The notes: a model not told the origin generated them from the letters alone. Numbered from the whole stretch's first letter, positions 49,489-62,514 are shown. The stretch is 63,656 bases of DNA, filler included, from Octopus bimaculoides (GCF_001194135.2; 5 parts of 4 records of this genome joined end to end with filler, not necessarily neighbours in it), one strand, 5' to 3'. Program-made: numbers and translations.

Positions 49489-50400
49489 ATGTCAGAAAAA
49501 GACCAAGAGAACGTTGCAGAATGAAAAGAGGGGCTTTAATGAGGATTAGGAGCTGCAGTATTACTTTGTGCTTTCGAAAGATAAGATGATTTGTTTGCTT
49601 TGTGATATTGTGATAACGACATTAAAGGAGCTTAACGCTCATCAGTACTATACAACTTATAAAAATAATAAATATTTTAAATAAAAGGGAGAGTTACGAA
49701 AGGTTGCACAGCAAAAATTTTAAAATGTAAAACAAAAGCAAAGACAGCTATTTCAGTCTGTAGCGAAATCTGCAAGTAATGCCACAGAAGAAACTTATAA
49801 AGTTGCTTATATAGTGGGGGGAAAAGATAAGCCTTTCAGCGATGTGGAAATTGTGAAAAAGTGTGTTGTTAAAGCCGCAGGATACTTAGACCCCGATAAG
49901 GTCTCGAAGTATAAACAATGACTTCTTTCAAGGAGAACCATAACCGATCGGCAGTATGAATTAGCCCTCAATGCAACAGAACAACTTCACACTATACTTC
50001 AAATGGAAAATCTAAATAATTCAATCGTTTTGGATGACTCGACTGATATTACTAACCTGGCGCAAGTTTTATACGCGTCAAAGAAGAGCTGTGAAAATAA
50101 ACTTGCTCTCTACTGAAGATCCGAACTCCATCGTGCAAACCCATCTCACTAAAGAAAATAGCAGGAAAAGCTTCCTTAAATAACTGACTGGGCTCCAGGA
50201 AAGAGGTATAAATTGGGTGCACTTTGCTAGTTTGGCAAGTGGTCTGATTGGGTAATTTAAAGCATTTAATCGGCACGAACGGGTATGGTCATGTGACCAC
50301 TTGTAGAAAACAGGCAAAATACACTAATAGCCAACCATTTAAGTCTAGATAGCCAAATAATAAGCATAGCATCCGCTGCACCTACCCTGCGGCCAGAATA
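49489..50400 (+). mobile_element. hAT transposase remnant (Charlie/SPIN/GTF2IRD2-like)
   Basis: FNED*ELQYYFV..MICLLC; KPFSDVEIVKKC; LSRRTITDR; IVLDDSTDITNLAQ. Multiple stops. Confidence 0.85.
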
Positions 50401-51958
50401 ATGAGTGCGAGGGAAAGATTCGAAAACAACAAGAAAAACTGTAGCAAAGGGGAAAAAGGCATACAACAAATGGAAAGAACAAAAATATATAAAAAAGGAC
50501 ATGCAATGAGAGAGAAAAAAAAGCATGACCAAAACAGCGTGCAATAAAAACATACAATACATCAACTGCTATGAAAAAATAGCCAAAAGTTTGTAAATAC
50601 GGTTGAAAACTGTCGAAGTTTTAGCATTTCGAGGTGCAAATCTTTAGAAGGGTGTAAAGAAAGTGAGTCCAACGATGTGAAAATGTAAAAAATTCATGAT
50701 CTGTCCACGAAATGCTGTAAGAGCTAGTACAAAAATGATCGTGCGTAAGCTAGACTCGGAGTGGTGGAAACGGTGGTAAGCAATAAACACTGTGATAAAG
50801 AAGGACGTTGAAATCCACTGGTTGACGTAGCTGCTGCGAAAAAGGATGTTGAATCGCGGTAAAAATGGGATGTGAAGCTCCCAAGAGGTAGGCGAGTTGA
50901 AATAAAAATCGTTGCATACGGAGGAAAAAAATCTGCTGGCATCGATGGTGGAGAGATACTGGAATCCAAAATGGCGAAGGACGAGCGTTCGTCAAATTCG
51001 AAATGGCGCGAGTGGAGGCGATGTTGTTAAGATGACAAATGAAGATCCCAAAAGTGGCGGTAGCGGCCATGACAGGACGTCGAGTTGAACATTGTTGCAA
51101 AGCTGAAGTACCATAGAGAAAACGTTGCCTCAGGACAAATGTGAGCGAAAAAGGCGGCAAACTGCCGAATCTGAGTTAGAGATTTTAACTTCTTGTAATC
51201 TCTGACAAACAGAGCTGAAGAAGAGTGACCAAGAATGGAATGAAAAAGTGCCGAACAATTGAAAACAAAATCCAAGTTTCTCCATTCTCCGGCCGTGAGA
51301 AACAGGAAAATGACTTTTCATGCAGAAGCAAAAATTCACAACACCAGTTGTAACCCAAGTGTGGCCAAATTGAAACGTGGCAGCGCGAACAGCAGATAAA
51401 AAAAGAATGAACTCAAAACGAAGAAATGCTGCACAAAAGAAGGCATCAAAACAGTTGCGTACTTAGTTGAGAAATTCTGACGAGCAGATGACAGCTATTT
51501 AAAGTAAATAGACGATGCTGTACAGGCATGAAAATGTGGCAGGAGTAGTCAGAGTTTGAAAGTAAAACGACGTCTCTCACGCAGACATGCCTATAGAAAA
51601 TGGTTTAAACACTTTAACCATGAGGCTTTCCGAGTAGAAACATCTCTAGCAGGCTGTAGAGTGGAGGTTCGACAAGTAATTCAGAGATGTAGAGAATTTT
51701 GCCGGTAAAAAATATTTATCTTCCACGTAGAAACAATAAGGTGGTAGCAAAATGAAATTAATTCGTCGCTTGAAACAGTAAATCATGTCGGGGTCACCAA
51801 GTTTTAAAGGTTGATGGTTCAGTTGGCAAATAATGCTGGCTTGAGTAAGGTTGTGTGTATAGTTAAAGGAAGAACGAGGAAACTAGGATTAAGTGCGATG
51901 ATTTATTTTGCATATGCCGTATAAACACTCAGACACACACGCACGCGCACACACACTC

Positions 51959-51989
<31 letters not shown>

Positions 51990-51994
<5 letters not shown>

Positions 51995-52142
51995 CCGGAT
52001 TCCACACAGTTTTCGCCTACTAAATTCACTGCCAATGCTTTGGTTGGCTCGGGGCTATGCTAGAAATCACTTGCGCTAGGTGTCGCGCAGACGAACTTAT
52101 CCGGAAACTACGTGGTCACAAAGCAAGCATCTTAACCACACA
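51990..52142 (-). mobile_element. Degenerate SINE family 1 head
   Basis: AAATTCACTGCCAATGCTTTGGTTGGCTCGGGGCTAT..AAAGCAAGCATCTTAACCACA is the reverse complement of the family-1 head. Confidence 0.7.
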
Positions 52143-52713
52143 CACATACGTATGCACATACGCATGCATATTGTGTGTGTGTGTGTATGTGTGTGTGTGT
52201 GTGTGTGTGCTGGTGCAAACAGGAAACGTAGAACTCAAAATGTTTAGTGTTTATTTTATTAATATTTAGCAGAANNNNNNNNNNNNNNNNNNNNNNNNNN
52301 NNNNNNNNNNNNNNNNNNNNNNNNNNNNNNNNNNNNNNNNNNNNNNNNNNNNNNNNNNNNNNNNNNNNNNNNNNNNNNNNNNNNNNNNNNNNNNNNNNNN
52401 NNNNNNNNNNNNNNNNNNNNNNNNNNNNNNNNNNNNNNNNNNNNNNNNNNNNNNNNNNNNNNNNNNNNNNNNNNNNNNNNNNNNNNNNNNNNNNNNNNNN
52501 NNNNNNNNNNNNNNNNNNNNNNNNNNNNNNNNNNNNNNNNNNNNNNNNNNNNNNNNNNNNNNNNNNNNNNNNNNNNNNNNNNNNNNNNNNNNNNNNNNNN
52601 NNNNNNNNNNNNNNNNNNNNNNNNNNNNNNNNNNNNNNNNNNNNNNNNNNNNNNNNNNNNNNNNNNNNNNNNNNNNNNNNNNNNNNNNNNNNNNNNNNNN
52701 NNNNNNNNNNNNN

Positions 52714-52872
52714 GTCACACTGTGTCACGCTGAATATCCCCGAGAACTACGTTAAGGGTACACGTGTCTGTGGAGTGCTCAGCCACTTGCACGTTTATTT
52801 CACAAGCAGGCTGTTTCGTTGATCGGAACCCTCGACGTCGTAAGCGACGGAGTGCCAACAACAACAACAACA
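52714..52872 (+). mobile_element. SINE family 3, 3' part with (AAC)n tail
   Basis: GTCACACTGTGTCACGCTGAATATCCCCGAGAACTACGTTAAG..GGAGTGCCAACAACAACAAC matches 35213-35370. Confidence 0.9.
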
Positions 52873-54279
52873 ACTCCATTTATTAAATTTTATATTTACT
52901 CAAATACCCAAAATAACAGGGAGTTTCTACCTCATAAACAGGAGTTACACCACAGTCATTTTGTGATCTTTGCTACCCTGGTATCTATTAACCAATTTAT
53001 TTTGTCGGAGTTAATTGTTAACTAAGAGAAAATAAATACATATATTAATATATATATATGTGTGTGTGTGTGTATATATATATATACAAACATAATTACA
53101 CTCGCATTCGTGCGCTCGTGTAAATAATGAGCATATGACGAGTTGTGAGGAAGAAAGCAACAGTGTTACCAACAGACGAAAATATTCTAGCGGAATTACA
53201 AAATAGTAAAGGGAAAGCAGGCTGTCTAATAATAGCTGGCGAAGTATGCAAGTATATAGACGTAGAACTGAGGTACAAAATAAATACTTTGAATTAATAT
53301 CTTAAATAAAAAACCTTATAAAACTGGTTTGAATTTATTTGAAATATTTGAATCTATAAACCTAATCAATACTTTTTGCTTGAAACATTATAAGAAATTA
53401 ATCTAGCTTGCTGCATGATTACAGAATGTTAATAACTTATCCCAGACATATTTTTTACTAGATGTTTAGTAGTTTATATACGACTGCTGGCGTAATCATT
53501 ATACAGAGGTCCGCTTCTGCTGAGCACTTACTCAGGTTATATGACCTTCATACTTGCGTATCCATCCGATGGCTTGCTAAAATTAGTAGTAATACATGGG
53601 ATGTACACACGAAATCAGCTCAGTAGCCAAATTTGACTTCTTTTTCACTATTGCATGCACTCACGCAGTTACAACAAATATACCTCATATGTGATATATA
53701 ATTTAACGGGGTGGATTTTCCGATATATTTTACTTTAGGCACGATAAGAACCCTCCGAGAATACTGACCAAAATCAAAATTTGGGGTTGTTCAAAAGGTT
53801 TGTTTTGTGTAGTTGAAAGATACCAGAAAACTACTATCCAATGAAACGAATCTGTTGCAGTTAGTTTTCACAACAGATCAGTGGTCAGAATGTGGAATGT
53901 GTACAATAAATACTTTCAAGAGACAACAAAACGCCAATGTTAGTCATAGACAAACGCCAATTTAAATTGAAATACCTTTCTTTATTGGAGATATCTTCAT
54001 GGTGGTAAATCATAGTGGAGGAAATATGTATTATATTTAGTCACGTAAAACACTATAGATTACATAAAACGGTTGAAAATTCTTACTTGCAATATATTTT
54101 CAGACCGTGACATTAAAAAAACGAAGCAACAGTTTTTACATTTCAATGTGTAACTACGATTATAAGAAATACATGATTAGACGGGAAATGCACATACGTT
54201 AGTGTTAGGAATCTGATACAAATAACTGAATAGACCGAATAATCAGTTAATAATAATAATAATAATAATAACAATAATA

Positions 54280-54650
54280 ATTTAAAATTTTGGCACCAGG
54301 CCAGGATTTCGAGGGAGGGGATAAGTCGATGATATCGACCACACTACTCAACTGGTACTTATTTTATCGACCCCAAGAGGAATCTCAGCTCAGAATGCAA
54401 GAAGGACGAAATGCTTCTAAGCATTTTGCCTGGCTTGGTGACAATTCTGCCAGCTCACCGCCTTAATAATAATCATTTCTAACATAGGCACAAGGCCTGA
54501 AATTTTGGCGGAGAGAGGTACTCAATTACATAGACTCCAATACTCAACTGGTGCTTGAAATTATGAAAGTTAAAATCGACTGTGGTGGCATCTGAACTCA
54601 GAACATAAAGACGGACGGAATACCGCTAAGTATTTTGCCTGGCGCGGTAA
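54280..54650 (-). mobile_element. Two SINE family 2 copies within (AAT)n
   Basis: Each carries ACTCAACTGGT and the reverse-complemented head (GACGAAATGCTTCTAAGCATTTTGCC and GACGGAATACCGCTAAGTATTTTGCC). They are separated by AATAATAAT. Confidence 0.8.
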
Positions 54651-54684
54651 ATAATAATAATAATAATAATAATAATGATAATAA

Positions 54685-55797
54685 ATGCATAGAATGCACC
54701 ACCCTAAGGCAGATATAGAACGTCTTTATCTGCCAAGAAAAGAAGGAGGCCGTGGACTTCTACAGCTGGCATTAACAATGAAGGTAGCCACAATTGGCCT
54801 AGACACCTATCTGAAAAACTCTGAGGACTGGATGCTAAAACTTGTCTCAAAACATGAAAGCAAGAAAGCATCTTACTCGGTAACAAAACAGGCAAAGGAA
54901 TATCTAAGTGAATTCCAATTACAACAAATTCAAGAATTAGACGAACTAGAAACACCCGCAGAAAAAGCTAAGCGCTTGAAAACCCGTGTTAAAATTGCTG
55001 CCTTAGATATTATGACTGATAAATGGCATGGAAAACCTCTCAATGGTAAATACCCAAAGAGAGCGAATAATGCAGATATTGACAAAGCCCTTACCCATCA
55101 ATGGCTAATGGCCTCTGGCTTGAAATCAGAAACAGAGGGGTTTATCATAGCAGCCCAAGATCAGTGCCTACCTACAAAGAACTACCAGGCCAACATATTA
55201 AAGAACGGCAGCTCCCCATTATGTCGTATATGCCAACAACAAAATGAGACCATCGATCATGTTGTCTCCATGTGCAGTCTGCTTGCGCCTACAGAGTATC
55301 TCAACAGGCATGTTAGAGCTGCACAATATATTCCCTGGGTAAGTTGCAAAAACCTGGACTTGCCCCATGATAAAAACTGGTGGGAACACAAACCACCCCC
55401 AGTACTTGAAAATGATCACATCGCACTCCTCTGGAACTTCACCATTCAAACTGACAGAAAGATAGATGCAAATAGGCCAGAAATCATACTGAAAGACTTC
55501 AGACAAAAATCATGCCTCCTCATTGATATGACTGTCCCAATTGATATAAACGTATCTGTCAAGACCTACCAAAAACTGAGCAAATATAAAGATCTTGAAA
55601 TAGAAATTAGAAAAATGTGTAATCTGAAGACTAAAACAATACCTATTGTTATAAGTGCCCTGGGAATGTCAGCGAAACGGGCTTATTACTACCTAGCTCA
55701 GATACCAGGAAACCCCAAAATGGCTGAAGTTCAAAAGATAGTGCTCATGGGAACTGCCCATATCCTACGTAAAATACTATGTGATCTCAAATTTTAA
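54685..55797 (+). CDS. Open C-terminal part of an R4/Dong-type retrotransposon ORF (thumb, CCHC knuckle, restriction-like endonuclease)
   Basis: HHPKADIERLYLPRKEGGRGL; LKSETEGFIIAAQDQCLPT; CRICQQQNETIDHVVSMC; RPEII..IDMTVP..QKLSKYKDL; IPIVISALG. 5'-truncated, so not an autonomous gene. Confidence 0.85.
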   Translation: MHRMHHPKADIERLYLPRKEGGRGLLQLALTMKVATIGLDTYLKNSEDWMLKLVSKHESKKASYSVTKQAKEYLSEFQLQQIQELDELETPAEKAKRLKTRVKIAALDIMTDKWHGKPLNGKYPKRANNADIDKALTHQWLMASGLKSETEGFIIAAQDQCLPTKNYQANILKNGSSPLCRICQQQNETIDHVVSMCSLLAPTEYLNRHVRAAQYIPWVSCKNLDLPHDKNWWEHKPPPVLENDHIALLWNFTIQTDRKIDANRPEIILKDFRQKSCLLIDMTVPIDINVSVKTYQKLSKYKDLEIEIRKMCNLKTKTIPIVISALGMSAKRAYYYLAQIPGNPKMAEVQKIVLMGTAHILRKILCDLKF

Positions 55798-55985
55798 AAC
55801 AAACACTTAATTTTCTTATGGTTTCTTAAACATTCTCTAGAACAACACTATGTACAAATCCAAATATATAGTACCCTAGGCATAACACCTACATGAACGT
55901 CTAACTTGTTGTCTCTTGAGGTCTCTGGGTGAGACTTGGATCCAACTTGTAAAAATGCAAAGCAAAAGTCAACCATAAAATAATA
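54685..55985 (+). mobile_element. 5'-truncated R4/Dong-type LINE between (AAT)n arrays
   Basis: (AAT)n at 54650-54684, then the ORF, a 3' UTR, and AAAATAATAATGATAAT. Confidence 0.93.
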
Positions 55986-55995
55986 ATGATAATAA

Positions 55996-56538
55996 ATGCC
56001 CAGATGCATTACCAGGCAGTGGCTCTCGTGGTTTCTGAACTTAACCGATTGGAAGTGTTTTGTCTCAGTATAAAAGACGAGCTAGAGCAAATATTCTGTT
56101 CAATACCACAGAATGTTGGTCAGTGGCCTGACCTTCACCAGTTGAGCATGTTTCTTATTAGCTGAGGATATGTACATCTCTGATTACGAGCAGGAGTAGT
56201 GGTGGAGTATCAAAGCCATGTTAAGAGGAATTCTTTGGAGTTTAAATAATTCACCACAGAAAACATGAGTGTTTCGTTCATCATCCTTAAATAAACCTTA
56301 TTCAGGGACCTTTTGTGTGCAATGGGCTACTCGACCAGAAAAACATTCTAACTGGGCCCCACCTGCAAAGTCATGCGCTGTTTATCTTGATCGGAGATCA
56401 CCATGTTGCGTACATGTAGTTGTGGTAGTCATGATGGGTATATTGAGCCTCGTATTTTTGTACCCTATTGTCACTTTGATGGCATACATTGCTCTCTCTC
56501 ACTTAATAATAATAATAATAATAACAATCATCATCATC

Positions 56539-56582
<44 letters not shown>

Positions 56583-57115
56583 CGGATGCAGAACAAGGCA
56601 GTGGCTTTCATGGCTTCTGATTTTAATTGATTGGAAGTGTTATCATGTACATTGTTTTGTCTTGGTATAAAAGATAGGCTACAGCAAATATTCTGCTTAA
56701 TACCACAGATTTGCTTGTCAGTTGTTTGACCTTAAACCAGTTGAGCATGTCCCTTGGTGGCTGACGATATGTGCATCTCTAATCATGAGCAGAAGTAGTA
56801 GGAGAGCATCATAGCCATGTACTGAGAGGAATTCTTTGGTGTTTGAATAATTCAGCTTTGGAAACATGGGTGTTTGCTCAACATCCTTAAACAAACCTTA
56901 TTCAGGGACCTTTTGAGCGGGATGGGCTACTCGACCTGAAGAAAATTCGAACTGGGCCCCACCTGCGAGGTCATGCGCTGTTTATCTTGATATGAGATCA
57001 CCATGTCGCGCACATATGGTTGTGATGCATGTGCCTGGTAGTCATGATGAGTATAATGAACTTCATATATTTTACCCCAGTGTCACTTTGATGGCATGCA
57101 CTACTCTCTCACTCA
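55996..57115 (-). mobile_element. Two tandem copies of the ~530-bp repeat (55996-56505 and 56582-57115) separated by (AAT)n
   Basis: Both carry ACTGGGCCCCACCTGC..GTCATGCGCTGTTTATCTTGAT..GTCACTTTGATGGCAT..CTCTCTCACT followed by (AAT)n. Confidence 0.88.
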
Positions 57116-57134
57116 ATAATAATAATAATTATAA

Positions 57135-59820
57135 TAATCTCTTTTTTATGGATGATATAAAGTTTTATGCGAAAAATGAGAAACAGCTTGAAAGTCTTGT
57201 GCATACTATCTGCATTTTCTCAAATGACGTAGGTATAGGGCTTTCCTATAAGTAGGTTATCTCCCTTGGCTAGGCAGCGCTCCGTGTAGACAATTAAACT
57301 TCCGCAGACTATCCACGCTATTGTTACTGTTTCGATGATTCAGCTATCGAAGTACTTACTGTTAAAGAAATATTTAAGATTATATGGACAGTATGTTACT
57401 GGAAGAAAGGCGGACTTGACTGAAAGGCATAAAAATTCTGTCAATGAAGAATGTCAACAAAGTAAATTCATCGGACGATAAGTCTGAAGTATCGGATGAT
57501 ACTTCAGACAGGAATAAGCAGAAGCTTATATCTCCTCTCGGTGAAGTATTGCCTGATCCCAGTCTGCTTTCAGCATAGCTTTCAGCAACCATTCACTGAT
57601 TTGGCCATGAGCATGATGAGGTGTAGAAGAGGTAGGGACAGTCACACTATAAAGTCTAATAATTAGAGGAATATTAGATTCAATGCTGTAAATTTATTAT
57701 TTAATCAAACNNNNNNNNNNNNNNNNNNNNNNNNNNNNNNNNNNNNNNNNNNNNNNNNNNNNNNNNNNNNNNNNNNNNNNNNNNNNNNNNNNNNNNNNNN
57801 NNNNNNNNNNNNNNNNNNNNNNNNNNNNNNNNNNNNNNNNNNNNNNNNNNNNNNNNNNNNNNNNNNNNNNNNNNNNNNNNNNNNNNNNNNNNNNNNNNNN
57901 NTCAGAACATTAACAACAATTTCAATGTATTTATCATTTGAATGCAAAATTCTTTATTAAAAATACCTGTACATCAACACAACAATTATTAGGGGTGATC
58001 TTTCGATAGTCCATTAAAATTGACGAAATGCTGGGAACACATTTGGCTATTTGCAGTGTAAACAAAGTCTTTCCTCACAAGTCTCGATCTCTGAAGCCAA
58101 ATACGACGAATAGCTACGTTTGCAGGATATCTATGCAGTGAAATAACTTTGCCGTCTAGACATATTAACCGGTCAGTACAGTATGTGAGTCGTTTGCGGA
58201 AGTTAAAGCAAGTCACTGAGCATGCGTACATGTCATACGGGAGAGTTCCAATCAAGGGTGGATAACAACCTTATAGGAACCCCCTATAGAATTTGGGATA
58301 TGCGCTATTTTGAAAATGAAACGAGAAAGATTTGAAAGAAGCTAGGGAACTGAAATACCAAATGGACAAACAGTGAGAACGGTTGAGAAAGGACAGTGAT
58401 ATAAGTACTTGGGAATACCGGAAGCAGACGAAATAAAAAATGAAAAAATGAAACAAATTACCAGTAGGGAATACAGAAGGCGAGTGAGAAAATTATCGCA
58501 GTCAAAGCTGAATTCAAATATTGAAGCAATAAATTTAAGAGCAGTACTCTTAATCGCATATGGTGTTGGAATTATGGATTAGACCAAAACCGATATAAAG
58601 TAGGAAAATAAAAATAAGAAATAAGTGGAAATTTTACCGGTGAGTGTGTTAAATTATAAAGCACAAAAAGAAAATGACTCTCCCCAGACACAACAGGATA
58701 TAAAGAAACTTGACAGAAAAACTAGAATATTGCTAACAATGTATGGAGCCCACCATCCGAAAGCTGGTATCAACTGGCCGTACTTGAAGAGAGATCAGGT
58801 TGGAAGAGGCTTAATAGCAGTAGAAGAATATGTACAGATTAACAGAAAAAGCCTAGTAGAGTATTTACAGAACAACACAGAAAAACTACTAAAGACAGTG
58901 AATAAAGAACGGGTGATGAAGCGCGTAATAGGAGAAAAGGACAAGAATGAAATACAAAGAAAGCACGTCAGACAGACTGAAGAGAAAACGCTGATGGTCA
59001 ATTTTGGAGAGCCGCTGAAGATGTATGTTGAACAAGATCCTGGGCTTGGTTTAAAAAAGGGGCAATTAAAAAAAGAAACAGAGTCTAACTGTAGCAGCCC
59101 AAGATCAAGCGATAAAAACAAATGACTTGAGAAAAAATATAAATGGAGAAAATGTGTCAAAATGTAAAGCCTGTGGAAATTGGAACGAGACAGCAGTATA
59201 CATTGTGGCGGAATGCCCCAAGTTGACACAGGAACAGTATAAGAAGTGGAGGTACAACCATGTTGTAAAAGTTTTATACTGGAAACTTTGCCAGAAATGG
59301 GAATTTGAAGTTGGAAATACATGGTACAATCATCGAGTCGAAAGAGTACTGGAGTCGGAAAAATGTAAGATTTTGTGGGACTTTCCTATTCAAACGGACA
59401 AGGAGTTAGAAAATAATAGACCGGACATAACAATTATAGATAAGAAAAAGCGAAGTTGCTTGTTAATCGACCCATCATGTCTGTTTGATTCCAGGATCGA
59501 AAAAAGGACGAAAAACAACAGCATCAAAAATAATACAATGCCTTAAAATTTAAGATAGAAAGAATTTGGAGTATGAGAACTGTCAAGGTCGTACCTAATT
59601 GGTGCGTTGGGAACAGTAAGCAAAGATATAAACAAATGTCTGAATAAGATTGGAATAGAATGCACTGTATTGTCTCTTAGAGACAGCAAGAATTATCAGG
59701 AGGGTTTAAAGCACTTGAAAGACTACTGAAACCTTGTGGATACCTAAGGTTACAGGTAGTAACCCGTCACCCACATAAATCCTACCAGGAATAAGACCGA
59801 ACCTGTGTCAAATCAAATAA
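57135..59820 (+). mobile_element. 5'-truncated R4/Dong-type LINE interrupted by the THAP/SAP element
   Basis: FMDDIKFYAKNEKQLESLVHTICIFSNDVGI | EFGICAILKMKR; YKYLG; HHPKAG; CKACGNWNETAVYIVAECPKL; KILWDFPIQTDKELENNRPDI. (AAT)-type tail at 59818. Confidence 0.9.
57237..58285. mobile_element. TIR DNA transposon remnant with convergent SAP-like (+) and THAP (-) ORFs (ISL2EU/PHIS-like)
   Basis: TIRs AGGGCTTTCCTATAAGTAGGTTATC and (reverse complement) AGGGGGTTCCTATAAGGTTGTTATC, flanked by AT on both sides. THAP: CSVTC..SLHRYP..IW..MCSQHF (57989-58255). SAP-like: EVLTV/LKKYLRLYGQYVTGRKADLTER (57349-57432). Confidence 0.75.
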
Positions 59821-59834
59821 TGATAATGGCTTTA

Positions 59835-60038
59835 AATTTTGCCACAACAGCTGCAATTTTGGAGAGGGTGTGAGCCGATTACATCGGCCCCAGTTTTCAA
59901 CTGGTACTTATTTTATTGATCCCGAAAGAATGAAAGGTAAAGACGACCTCGGCGGAATCAGAACTCAAAACATAGCGACGGACGAAATACCGCTAAGCAT
60001 TCTGTCTGGTGCGCTAATGATTTTGCCAGCTCGCTACC

Positions 60039-60040
<2 letters not shown>
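59835..60040 (-). mobile_element. SINE family 2, near full length, within (AAT)n
   Basis: Reverse complement begins GGTAGCGAGCTGGCAAAATCATTAGCGCACC..ATGCTTAGCGGTATTTCGTCCGTCGCT..GTTCTGATTCCGCCGAGGTCGTCTTTACC. Confidence 0.88.
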
Positions 60041-60095
<55 letters not shown>

Positions 60096-60097
<2 letters not shown>

Positions 60098-60590
60098 GAC
60101 TTGCCCAAAACCACTACAAGTTATGGTAACGCGATCAGATAACGAAAGTGCTACATTGGAAACTGTGGGAAAAGTGGGGGATAGAGAGAGGCAAGACGTG
60201 GTATGAGCATAAACCATAGTGAGTGGTGGAGTCGGAGACTAGTAAAATCCTCTGGGATTTCCCAATCCAAACAGGTCGGGTGCTAGAGCATTACAGACTG
60301 GACCTAGTGGTGGTCGACAAGATGCACCACATGTGCTATATAGTTAATGTCGCATACCCCACGAATAGTCAAGAAGGAAGGCGAAAAAAAAATAGATAAA
60401 TATAACCCTCTTAAGTAAGAAATAGCCCGACTATGGTAAATAAAGAAGGTGAAGATAGTGCAAATTACTGTTGGGTCCTCGGAGACAGTATCAGAAGGCA
60501 TCAAGAGGAATATACGGTCAGAATAATCAGGAAAGTATTAGATAGTGGAAAAGAACGGATAGTATGGTCCCGTAGGTTGTAGGTAGCTAC
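60096..60590 (+). mobile_element. Degraded R4/Dong-type RLE fragment
   Basis: KILWDFPIQT..LEHYRLDLVVVDK..IDKYNPLK pattern, directly after (AAT)n. Confidence 0.65.
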
Positions 60591-62472
60591 GCAAGCAAGA
60601 CTACAGGAGTTCCAACAAAACCTGTGATAAAAAGAAATAATAATAATAAGACTGCAAGAGGAGGAAAAGTAACTTAGCCATGTCATGGATCGACTATCGT
60701 AAGGCGTACGATATGATCCCACATTCTTGGATTATGGAGTGTATGAACCTATTTGGTATTGCATCGAATGCTGAGCGATTGCTTGGAAAAAGTATGGCGA
60801 ATTGGAGGACGGACCTGACAGCATCTGGAAGAAGTTGAGGAACAGTAGAAATTAGGAGGAGCATCTTCCAAGGGGGCTGCCTGTCCCCACTGATCTTTGT
60901 ACTGTGCTTGATACCACTAACACTGATTCTGAGGAAAGCAAAAGCTGGGTATGTATTCAAAAGCCACCAACAAAAAGTCAACCATTTGTTATTCATGGAT
61001 GACCTCAAACTTTATGGTAAAGATGAAGCCCAAGTCAGTTCCCTTGTTGATACGGTGTATACTTTCAGTGCTGATATCAGAATGGAGTTCGGACTGAGAA
61101 AGTGTGGTGTGTTAGTCTTGAAGAGAGGCAAAATCAAATGTATGGACGGGCTAACGATACTGTCGGGGGAGGTTATGAAGCAGAGAGAATAGACAGAGTA
61201 TAAGTACTTGGGGATTTTGGAAATGGATAAACTGATTGAAAAAGAAATGACAGAAAACTTTGTGGTGGAGTACTTGCGCAGTCTGAGACTGATCCTTAAG
61301 TCGAAATTAAATTGAGGGAATAAGATCGAAGCTATCAACACCTGGGCGGTTTCACTCCTTAGACATGGAACAGGGATAACCGGATGGACAGTAGACGAAC
61401 TAAACAGCTTAGATAGAAAGACAATGAAGTTGCTAACTAGACATGGGTCACTCCACACAAAAAGTGACACAGACAGACTGTATATACCAAGAAAAAGAGG
61501 GGGAAGAGGACTTATTGGATGCGAACACAGCATTAGAGCAGAAGAAAACACCATAGCATGGTATGTAAAATGCCACAGAACCACTATTGTTAGAAATAGG
61601 AAGGTCAGGCTTGTGTAGAATGAAAGATTGCAAAGATAAAGCACCATACAATAAATTGAAAACGAATGAAACTGAAAATAGGTGGGTAAAGCATGCATGG
61701 TCAATTTCATAGGGATGTTAAAGATAAGACAGACAGAGAAAAAAGATGGCTGTGGATGACTGAAAGTGATTTAAAACCGGAAACGGAAGTTCTAATCTGT
61801 GCTGCCCAAGAGCAAGCACTAAGAACAAACTACATAAAATACAGAATAGACAACACGGCATATTACCAGCCAACGTACGCCACTAGCCCAGAAGGAATAT
61901 AAGAGACGCCACGACAATGTAGCCAGGCTTGTTCATTGGACACTTTGCAACTAGTATGGACTTGACAGAGAAAAAATTGGTACGACCACAAACCTGAAGA
62001 CATCGTCGAGAATATAAATACAAAAATTCTATGGGATTTTATGATTCAGTTCGACCATGAGATAGAGAATAGGAAGTCGGACATAGTCTTAATTGAGAAA
62101 GAAAACAAACTATGCTGGATCATAGGTATAGCATGCCCAGCTGACAACAAGGTATGCGATAAGGAAGAAACAAAAAGTCGAGAGATGTGACAGGTTAGCT
62201 TCAGAAGTTAAGCAGTTGTGATCGATGAAAAAGGTAGCAGTAGTACCAATAATTGTCGGAGCCCTGGGAACAGTGAGCAAAAATCTCGAGAAGTACGTGG
62301 AACAAACAGGGGCTGCAATAAGACTGGAGCACTTGCAGAAAACAGCATTGCTTGGAACCGCTCGAATACTCCGCAAGGTGCTCGAAAAATAAGAGGTGTT
62401 ACCTTAGTTCACTGGTAGTAAACAGCTGATACCTGTGGTACATCTCCAGCGTTAGAAGCTGTGCAAAGGCAA
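60591..62472 (+). mobile_element. R4/Dong-type LINE (RT to 3' end)
   Basis: WIDYRKAYDMIPHSWI; IFQGGCLSPLIFVLCLIPL; VNHLLFMDDLKLYGK; HGSLHTKSDTDRLYIPRKRGGRGL; LKPETEVLICAAQEQALRTNY; AAT/AAC tail at 62470. Confidence 0.92.
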
Positions 62473-62514
62473 TAATAACAACAATAATAATAGCAACAAC
62501 AACAACCCTGAATA

